Below, in pieces: positions 57,150-64,000 of a stretch of 64,000 nucleotides of DNA. A model generated the notes under the pieces. That model was given only the letters and a program-made list of their open reading frames with translations. It was not told where the DNA came from and ran no database searches. Positions within the stretch are counted from its first letter, which is position 1. Each line of letters opens with the position of its first letter. This stretch comes from Pseudomonadota bacterium (GTDB lineage Bacteria; Pseudomonadota; Gammaproteobacteria; Magnimaribacterales; D2472). A program made the position numbers and the translations under genes. Location of the stretch: the NCBI GenBank assembly GCA_028404565.1, contig JAOOBR010000002.1, positions 25,848-89,847 on the forward strand. Reading direction: 5' to 3'.

Positions 57150-58847
57150 TTACATTTCTTCTAATGCCTTTACACCCAAAAGATTGAGGCTATCCGCTAT
57201 TACTTCCTTTATGGTATGGGTAACTGCAAGGATAGTTAATTTTTCAGATTCTGACTTGTCTAATATTTTGTTGTCGTTATAAAAATTATGAAAAATTGAA
57301 GCTAAATCCTTTAAATAAAAGATTAATAAGTGTGGTGAGAGGTTGTTACAGGTTTTCTCAAGTACATTTGGATATTTTGAGATCTCATGAATAAGATTTG
57401 AGCAAATATCTACATGGTCTTCAGAAATATCTTCTGCTAGAAAGTCTTTTAAACCAGCTTTTTTTTCAAGAGAGCATATTCTAGCGTGTGCGTATTGAAT
57501 GTAGTAATACATATTTTCTTTCTTGCTTGAGACTGCTAAGTCTAGATCGAAATCTAAATGCTGATCAGTTTGTTTTGAAAGATAATAAAATCTAGCAACA
57601 TCAGAGCCAACATCACTTAATAAGTCCTCGAGAGAGTAAAATTCTCCACTTCTTGTAGACATCTTAACTGGCGAACCACCTTTAATTAGATTTGCAAACT
57701 GAACAAGCTTCACAGAAAGTTTATTTTTGTCATAGCCCAAGCCTTCTAGAGATGCTTCAACCCTCTTTATGTATCCATGATGATCGGAGCCCCAAATATT
57801 TATAATTTCATCAAAACCTCTATCTAATTTATCTTTATGATAAGCAACATCAGAAGCGAAGTAAGTTTGTCTTCCATCAGTTCTTATCAAAACTCTATCC
57901 TTATCATCGCCGAAATCAGAAGATTTAAACCAGATATTTCCATCTCGATTATCAATTAGATTATTTGTATTTAATTGTTGGACAGCTGCATCAATTTTTG
58001 AATCTGCACCTAGTAAAGAGGATTCTAAGAACCAGTTATCAAAAGTTACACCAAAATCTTCAAGGTCTTTTTCTATTGTTGAAAGAACGCTCTCTAGTGA
58101 CACTTTTTTAATTGATTTCCAGTCTTTCTCACTAGCAGATTTGAGATTCGAGATAATTTTATCTATTTTCTCTTCATCTTCCTCAGGAAGACTTTTAAAA
58201 AGATCATCAATATTAACAGCTTCCTGTAAATCAGCATTTTTTGCAATTTCCTTTATATATTCTCCTCTGTAAGCACTTTCAGGAAAAATATTATCTTCTA
58301 TGTTAATGGCTCGTAAATATACACTAGCCGTAAGAATATCTATTTGTCTTCCTGCATCATTGACATAGTACTCTTTTTGAACTTCGTGGCCTTTCTTTTC
58401 AAGCAGTTTTGAGATTACATCGCCATAAATAGCTCCTCTTCCATGACCAACATGAAGAGGACCAGTTGGATTTGCTGAAACAAATTCGACTTGAATTTTT
58501 TTTGAATCCGCTTCCTCTCTAATAGTATTTTTATTAAGGATATCTTTAATTATTTTTAGAGTTCCAGAATGGTTGAGAAAGATGTTAATAAATCCAGGAC
58601 CAGCAACCTCAATAGAGCTTACTAAATTGAGCTCCTTCAAAATATTTCCAATCTCAAGACCGATTTCTTTGGGATTGCTTTTAGTAATATTTCCTAATAT
58701 CAAAGCAATATTGCATGTAAGATCACCTTTCTCAGGACTATCGGGTATTTCTATTTGGAACTTTGAAGAAGCAATTGAAACCTCTTCTTCAGAGAAGTGC
58801 TCTTCTATATGACTGAGAATCTTATTCTTTATTTCATCAGCTATCAT
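57150..58847 (-). CDS. argS: Arginine--tRNA ligase
   Basis: 565 aa. Class I HIGH-type motif (PTGPLHVGHGR) and an ArgRS-like anticodon-binding C-terminus ending ...M. Confidence 0.93.
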   Translation of the reverse strand: MIADEIKNKILSHIEEHFSEEEVSIASSKFQIEIPDSPEKGDLTCNIALILGNITKSNPKEIGLEIGNILKELNLVSSIEVAGPGFINIFLNHSGTLKIIKDILNKNTIREEADSKKIQVEFVSANPTGPLHVGHGRGAIYGDVISKLLEKKGHEVQKEYYVNDAGRQIDILTASVYLRAINIEDNIFPESAYRGEYIKEIAKNADLQEAVNIDDLFKSLPEEDEEKIDKIISNLKSASEKDWKSIKKVSLESVLSTIEKDLEDFGVTFDNWFLESSLLGADSKIDAAVQQLNTNNLIDNRDGNIWFKSSDFGDDKDRVLIRTDGRQTYFASDVAYHKDKLDRGFDEIINIWGSDHHGYIKRVEASLEGLGYDKNKLSVKLVQFANLIKGGSPVKMSTRSGEFYSLEDLLSDVGSDVARFYYLSKQTDQHLDFDLDLAVSSKKENMYYYIQYAHARICSLEKKAGLKDFLAEDISEDHVDICSNLIHEISKYPNVLEKTCNNLSPHLLIFYLKDLASIFHNFYNDNKILDKSESEKLTILAVTHTIKEVIADSLNLLGVKALEEM

Positions 58848-59406
58848 TAGCTCTTCCTAAATATTCTGATGAACGAGTATCTACTTTAACAATTTCGCCT
58901 TCCTCAACAAAAAGAGGTACTTGAATTGAAACTCCTGTTTCAAGAACTGCAGGCTTTTGAGCGCCAGACACCGTATCTCCTTTTACGCCAGGCTCAGATG
59001 TTTCAATTTTTAAACTAACAATTTTTGGAACATTAATTGCTATAGCTGAGTCATTCCAAAGCACTATTTCACAAAGTTCCTCACCAATAAGCCATTTTTT
59101 TGCATCAACCATAATCTTTTCATCTAGCTCTATTTGTTCATAGGAACTGTTATCCATAAAGTACCATTTTGTCTCATCCTTATACAAAAATGCCATTTCT
59201 TTCACTGTAACATCAGCAAGCTCAACACTTTCATTAGATTTAAAAGTTTTTTCAATCACATTTCCTGATAACAAGTTCCTATATTTAATTCTTACAACTG
59301 CTTGACCTTTTCCAGGCTTATGAAACTCATGACTTAGTATTGAGCATGGCGCTCCATCGAGAAGTATTTTAGTTCCTGTTCTAAATTGATTTGTTGGTAT
59401 CTTCAT
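58837..59406 (-). CDS. efp: Elongation factor P
   Basis: 189 aa. KPGKGQA loop with the conserved Lys (beta-lysylation type). Confidence 0.93.
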   Translation of the reverse strand: MKIPTNQFRTGTKILLDGAPCSILSHEFHKPGKGQAVVRIKYRNLLSGNVIEKTFKSNESVELADVTVKEMAFLYKDETKWYFMDNSSYEQIELDEKIMVDAKKWLIGEELCEIVLWNDSAIAINVPKIVSLKIETSEPGVKGDTVSGAQKPAVLETGVSIQVPLFVEEGEIVKVDTRSSEYLGRANDS

Positions 59407-59447
59407 GGTTTACAATATATTTACTCATTTTAATTGGGAGTTATTAA

Positions 59448-60314
59448 ATGAACAAATTCTTTGTAGAAGAGCCAAAAAATATGATTATTAATTTAATTAT
59501 TTCATTTGTCGTAATTTTAGCAACAGTTGCCTTTGCGGGACTTTCAGGTTCAGACCTAGTTATTCAAACTGCTTGGTATATTTTAATAATTCATTGGGTT
59601 GCCTTTTTACCAGCGTTAATTTTTAAAACTGAAAAGTTTTATGATTTAACTGGATCTATTTGCTACGCATTTGGATCTGTTTTTGTTTACTATCAGACAT
59701 ATGGAGCAACATTCTCGTTAAGCTTATTTATCTCTATTGCAGTCATAATTTGGACTATTAGGCTTGGAAGTTTCCTTCTTAAAAGAGTCTTAGATGCAGG
59801 GGAAGACAAAAGATTTAGAACAATAAAGAAAAGCCCAACACAATTTTTTATGACATTTAATTTATCTGCGTTGTGGGTAGTGATTTGCTCATTATGTGCC
59901 CTAACTTCAGTATCAAATGGAGTGCTTTCGGTTGAGCCAATATTTTATTTGGGGCTATTTATTTTTATTGCTGGCTTCTCTATTGAAGTTATTGCAGATA
60001 ATCAAAAAACACAATTTAGAGCAATTCCAGAGAATGCAAATAAGTTTATTACAACAGGGCTTTGGTCCTCTTCTAGGCATCCAAACTACTTCGGCGAAGT
60101 TGTTCTATGGGCAGGGATAGCAATCATGTCTTTACCGTACCTTCAGGGAGTTCAATTTTGGACATTGATATCGCCAATTTTCTCTTTTGTTCTTATTTAT
60201 TTTGTTAGCGGTGTCAGAATGCTTGAGGCAAGAGCCAATGTAAAATGGGGAGATAATCCTGAGTATCAAAAATATGTTAAAAAAACACCTGTATTTTTCC
60301 CTAAAATATTTTAG
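59448..60314 (+). CDS. DUF1295 / steroid 5-alpha-reductase-like membrane protein
   Basis: 288 aa polytopic protein with a GLWSSSRHPNYFGE motif. Confidence 0.65.
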   Translation: MNKFFVEEPKNMIINLIISFVVILATVAFAGLSGSDLVIQTAWYILIIHWVAFLPALIFKTEKFYDLTGSICYAFGSVFVYYQTYGATFSLSLFISIAVIIWTIRLGSFLLKRVLDAGEDKRFRTIKKSPTQFFMTFNLSALWVVICSLCALTSVSNGVLSVEPIFYLGLFIFIAGFSIEVIADNQKTQFRAIPENANKFITTGLWSSSRHPNYFGEVVLWAGIAIMSLPYLQGVQFWTLISPIFSFVLIYFVSGVRMLEARANVKWGDNPEYQKYVKKTPVFFPKIF

Positions 60315-60413
60315 ATTTATATTCAACAACTGCATTAAGACAATGAAATTTTTTTTTGAGGTTTCTGTATCAATTGTTAGAATATCAGGACACCACATAT
60401 GAGGGAGTGTGTT

Positions 60414-61169
60414 ATGTTGACTAAAAAACTTACCTTGTCATTTATCTTTTTGGTAAGTACATCTTTTTTATCTGCCAGTGAGATGGAATCAGTATTAGAA
60501 GTTGGTAGAGAAAACTCTAGCCAAAGTGCTGCTTCACAAGAAAAAATTGATAGTACCGAAAAACAAACCGACAAGATTGTAAATGAATATAAAGTAGTAG
60601 CTAAGCAAGTAGAAGGGCTTAAGTTATATAACGAACAAAAAAGAATCCAAATTCAGGCCCAGCTTGATTTAATGGATAAGCTTGATGAGCAGTTGGTGCA
60701 GGTTGTTGTAATGCAAAGACAAATCCCACCATTGGCTCAGAGAATGCTTGAGGGGCTTGAGCAATTTGTTGCGCTGGATACTCCATTCTATATTGATGAA
60801 AGATTGGAAAGAATAGACATTGTAAGAAGTTCATTATCGAATCCAAAAATAACTGCATCAGAACAAGTAAGGCAGATACTTGAAGCATATAACATCGAGG
60901 CAGAGTACGGTAGAAAGATTTCCTCATATGAAGATACTATCGTTATCGATGGTAAAGAGATGGTAGTTAATGTTCTTGTTGTTGGAAGAATAGGAATGTT
61001 CTATCAAACTAAGGATGAGCAGCAAAGTGGTTTCTGGAATAACGAAACAAATGACTGGGAAGAGGTTTCAGGCTATAGAACAGCTATTAGAGATGGCATA
61101 AGAATGGCCAAGAAACTTGCACCTACAGATATGCTTCTATTACCTGTTGTTAAAGGGGGTGCAAGATGA
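60414..61169 (+). CDS. DUF3450-family periplasmic coiled-coil protein of TonB2-type systems
   Basis: Start placed at MLTKK..., which has GAGGGAG upstream (the track start is 60399). Signal peptide, coiled-coil region, and position ahead of MotA/ExbB-family genes. Confidence 0.6.
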   Translation: MLTKKLTLSFIFLVSTSFLSASEMESVLEVGRENSSQSAASQEKIDSTEKQTDKIVNEYKVVAKQVEGLKLYNEQKRIQIQAQLDLMDKLDEQLVQVVVMQRQIPPLAQRMLEGLEQFVALDTPFYIDERLERIDIVRSSLSNPKITASEQVRQILEAYNIEAEYGRKISSYEDTIVIDGKEMVVNVLVVGRIGMFYQTKDEQQSGFWNNETNDWEEVSGYRTAIRDGIRMAKKLAPTDMLLLPVVKGGAR

Positions 61170-62554
61170 GACTTTTAAAAATTTATCTATTCGCACTTTT
61201 AATTAGCAGTAACCAGATTTTAGTTGCCCAAGAAGACGTTACTGAAGGCGAGGCTCCTTCTACCGTCCAACAACTCCTTGAACTGGTTAAAGAAGGCCAA
61301 GTCAGAGAACAATCTGAAAATGCAGTTCGTGAAGCTGAGTTTATGGCAAACAAGAATAAACAAGCATCTATCCTTGCTGCTGAAAAAAGAGAGCTTGCAA
61401 GACAGGAAAGGATTGCTGACCAGCTAGAAGCTGAGTATAAAAAGAACGAAGAAATTCTAAGAGTTAAAGAAGAAGCTTATAAAAAAGAGCTTGGCTCACT
61501 TGTAGAATTATTTGGACATCTTCAAAGTGCATCTGGAGAAGCAGCTGTGCAGTTTACTGGTTCATTATCATCTGCTCAATTTGGTACTGAAAGAGTTGAT
61601 TTCTTAAACAACCTGACAGCTAAAATGTCGGAGACAACAGAACTCCCAACAATCAGAGAAATTGAAGGTCTTTGGTATGAGCTTCAAAGAGAAATGGTTG
61701 CAGGTGGAGAAATTGCTTCTTTTGAGGCAAGTGTTATTGATGTAGATGGCGAAACTTCAAATTGTAATGTAGTTCGCGTCGGGCTCTTTAATGCTGTTTG
61801 TGACGGTAAGTATCTAGAATTTGCGGCATCCAAAGGACAATATGCATTTTTACCAAGACAACCTGAGGGAAGATATACAAGAACTGCAAACAACATTGCA
61901 TCAGCAGGAGTTGGTGAGCAAGTAACTTTCGGTATTGACCCTACAGGGCCTACTGGAGGAAGCCTTCTTGCTAACCTAATTCAAACACCAAGCTTAACTG
62001 AAAGATTAGCTCAAGGTAGAGAGATTGGTTATGCGATTGTTATAGTTGGTCTTCTCGGTACTCTTTTAGCTTTATATAAACTCTATGTTTTATATGTAAC
62101 TGGAAGAGCAGTAAGAAAGCAATCGAAATCAAAAGCTCTTAACTCTAATAATCCACTTGGAAGAGTTTTAAAAGTTGGAGAAGAACACTTCTCAAAAGAT
62201 ATAGATACATTAGAACTAAAACTTGCAGAAGCTATCATGGCAGAAAGGCCTGATATAGAAAGATACATTGGCATTGTTAAGATTATTTCAGTTGTTGCTC
62301 CGTTGGCAGGATTGCTTGGAACAGTAACAGGAATGATTGTTACATTCCAACAAATTACTCTTTATGGAACAGGTGATCCAAAACTAATGGCCGGCGGTAT
62401 TTCGCAGGCTCTTGTAACTACGGTTCTTGGACTGCTTGTGGCGATTCCTACAACTTTACTCCATTCATTTGCAAACTCATCTGCGCGTGAAATTGTTGGT
62501 GTTCTTGAGGAGCAAAGTACTGGAATATTAGCCGAAAGAGCTGAAAGTAAATAA
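61166..62554 (+). CDS. Large MotA/TolQ/ExbB-family proton-channel protein (TtpC-like)
   Basis: 462 aa. Long periplasmic coiled-coil N-terminus, with an ExbB-like C-terminus (...APLAGLLGTVTGMI...). Confidence 0.75.
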   Translation: MRLLKIYLFALLISSNQILVAQEDVTEGEAPSTVQQLLELVKEGQVREQSENAVREAEFMANKNKQASILAAEKRELARQERIADQLEAEYKKNEEILRVKEEAYKKELGSLVELFGHLQSASGEAAVQFTGSLSSAQFGTERVDFLNNLTAKMSETTELPTIREIEGLWYELQREMVAGGEIASFEASVIDVDGETSNCNVVRVGLFNAVCDGKYLEFAASKGQYAFLPRQPEGRYTRTANNIASAGVGEQVTFGIDPTGPTGGSLLANLIQTPSLTERLAQGREIGYAIVIVGLLGTLLALYKLYVLYVTGRAVRKQSKSKALNSNNPLGRVLKVGEEHFSKDIDTLELKLAEAIMAERPDIERYIGIVKIISVVAPLAGLLGTVTGMIVTFQQITLYGTGDPKLMAGGISQALVTTVLGLLVAIPTTLLHSFANSSAREIVGVLEEQSTGILAERAESK

Positions 62555-63081
62555 TGATTTACGCTATAACTGAATCTTTTATTTCTATCAGAGACTTCAT
62601 GGAAGCTGGTGGAAGTGTGCTTTGGTTAATAGCTCTTTTGGTTCTTTTAATGTGGGGATTGATATTTGAAAGAATATATTATCTTTCACATGGCCATGAT
62701 GTTTTTCTTAATTCTCTTGTTTCCAAATGGGATTCAAGAGCCGACAAAACTTCATGGCATGCTCTACAAATTAGAGAAAAATTTTTAGCAGAAGCAAAAT
62801 CTTCTATTAATAAGAATACGACATTAATAAAAACATGCATTGCATTAGCTCCATTATTTGGTTTGCTTGGAACAGTGACTGGAATGATCGAGGTCTTCCA
62901 AGTTATGGCTTTCAGTGGTGGCGGCGATGCGAGAGCAATGGCTGGAGGTGTTTCTAAAGCAACGCTTCCAACCATGGCAGGCATGGTTGTATCTCTATCA
63001 GGAATTTTTGCAATGATTTATATTTCTAGTGTAAGCGAGAGGCACACTGGAATTCTTGAAGAAAAAATTAAAAGAGTTTAG
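62554..63081 (+). CDS. exbB: MotA/TolQ/ExbB proton channel protein
   Basis: 175 aa. ...LAPLFGLLGTVTGMIEVF... motif. Confidence 0.8.
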   Translation: MIYAITESFISIRDFMEAGGSVLWLIALLVLLMWGLIFERIYYLSHGHDVFLNSLVSKWDSRADKTSWHALQIREKFLAEAKSSINKNTTLIKTCIALAPLFGLLGTVTGMIEVFQVMAFSGGGDARAMAGGVSKATLPTMAGMVVSLSGIFAMIYISSVSERHTGILEEKIKRV

Positions 63082-63092
63082 GAGAAGTTAAA

Positions 63093-63503
63093 GTGAGAAG
63101 AAACGCAATATCTACAGCAGTTCAAGAGGAAGAGAGCGAGATTAATATCACCCCAATGTTGGATGTGGTATTTATTATGCTCATTTTCTTTATTGTTACT
63201 GCAAACTTTATTAAAGAGCCAGGTTTAGAAATAAATAGACCTGATTCAGACACAGCTGAAACTCAAGAAAATGCAGCTATTCTTATCGCAGTTGGCCCAA
63301 CTGGAGAAGTTTGGATGGATGGAAGAAGAATTGATGTAAGGCAAGTTAAAGCTAATGTTGTAAAACTTTTAGCTGATAATCCTCAAGGGTCAGTAGTGAT
63401 CCAAGCAGATGAGAAGGCAGTTGCGGATACCATAATTAAAGTTATGGATGGAGCAAGAGAAGCAGGCGTATCTGCTATATCTTTAGCCTCAGAGCCAAAG
63501 TAG
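63093..63503 (+). CDS. exbD: Biopolymer transport protein ExbD/TolR
   Basis: 136 aa with a GTG start. ...INITPMLDVVFIMLIFF... is a typical ExbD N-terminus. Confidence 0.85.
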   Translation: MRRNAISTAVQEEESEINITPMLDVVFIMLIFFIVTANFIKEPGLEINRPDSDTAETQENAAILIAVGPTGEVWMDGRRIDVRQVKANVVKLLADNPQGSVVIQADEKAVADTIIKVMDGAREAGVSAISLASEPK

Positions 63504-63510
63504 GTTTTTT

Positions 63511-64000
63511 ATGGGCGGATTAGTATCAAATCTTATTCTTCCAATTAAGGCAGCCTATATTAGGCTATTTGAAATAAATAAATACTTTGCCGTTTTTGTC
63601 CTATCAGTTTCTACAACCATCTTCCTATTCGTATTAATGGTTACCCTTATCTCATTAGGAGATAGTGGCCTCAAAGAGGATAAATCAGTGAAGTTGGCAG
63701 ACATTGTTATGCCTGAAAGAGAGATAGATACATTTATGGATGAGGTTGATAAGCCAGATGAACCCGAAGAGCAGCCTGAAGATATTGCACAACCTGAGGT
63801 AGATCTTCAGCCAACTACTGGAATTGATGTAAACATCCCAAAACCAAAAGCTAAATTTACAGCTGGTGGTAGTTTCTTTAGAGATGGTGAATATATCCCT
63901 CTCTTTAAGATTCAACCGCAATATCCAAGAAGGGCACAAGAAAGAGGCACCATGGGTTTTGCGATCGTTGCTTTTACAATAACCGAATCTGGCACTATTG
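63511..64000 (+). CDS. tonB: Energy transducer TonB, N-terminal approximately 163 aa (3' end outside the window; not in the ORF track)
   Basis: ATG at 63511. TM anchor, a Pro/Glu-rich spacer (KPDEPEEQPEDIAQPE), and the beginning of the TonB C-terminal domain (QPQYPRRAQERGTMGFAIVAF). Confidence 0.7.
   Translation, partial: MGGLVSNLILPIKAAYIRLFEINKYFAVFVLSVSTTIFLFVLMVTLISLGDSGLKEDKSVKLADIVMPEREIDTFMDEVDKPDEPEEQPEDIAQPEVDLQPTTGIDVNIPKPKAKFTAGGSFFRDGEYIPLFKIQPQYPRRAQERGTMGFAIVAFTITESGTI

Noticed and set aside
60315-60398. A Fur box upstream of the TonB2-type cluster (candidate tcaattgttagaatatcag).
   Set aside because: The match to the GATAATGATAATCATTATC consensus is poor when aligned by eye and is indistinguishable from AT-rich background.

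Overview
This is a 64-kb, low-GC, very gene-dense chromosomal segment, with almost no intergenic DNA. Two syntenic blocks, rpoH-thiS-thiG-trmB and rdgB-metW-metX-yggT-yggS, point to a gammaproteobacterium related to Pseudomonadales/Oceanospirillales. A streamlined marine lineage such as SAR86 is only an inference from composition, compaction and gene content. I recognised no rRNA, tRNA, CRISPR array, transposase, integrase or prophage gene.

Content in order:
- End of the ATP synthase operon (atpG', atpD, atpC), then glmU-glmS.
- A 3.7-kb islet of about 10 small orphan genes right after glmS. It includes a homolog of the N-terminal domain of the eukaryotic opioid growth factor receptor (OGFr).
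- An unannotated 17-aa micro-ORF with 8 Cys, abutting a beta-helix protein and a diheme cytochrome c gene pair.
- MerC-like, SMR, YrbL-like, MTA/SAH-nucleosidase-like and other small enzyme genes.
- A purine permease, transcribed divergently from a TonB-dependent receptor. The receptor is preceded by two tandem copies of a small structured RNA that I identify as a tandem glutamine (glnA-type) riboswitch.
- A long block of oxidoreductase and hydrolase genes.
- uvrD, an orphan TRAP substrate-binding protein, and lipB-lipA.
- A minus-strand cluster: dctQ, dctM, a PNGase F-like lipoprotein, and two paralogous genes of unknown function.
- Housekeeping genes: yaaA, cysQ, rpoH, thiSG, trmB, rdgB, metWX, yggST, argS, efp.
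- A TonB2-type energy-transduction cluster that runs off the window end.

The most interesting candidates are (i) the tandem glutamine-riboswitch-like RNA controlling an outer-membrane receptor that sits among purine-salvage genes, (ii) the Cys-rich micropeptide plus beta-helix plus diheme cytochrome module, and (iii) the TRAP-QM/PNGase F-like/paralog-pair cluster. All functional calls come from reading the translated ORFs and recalling family motifs. No database search was run.
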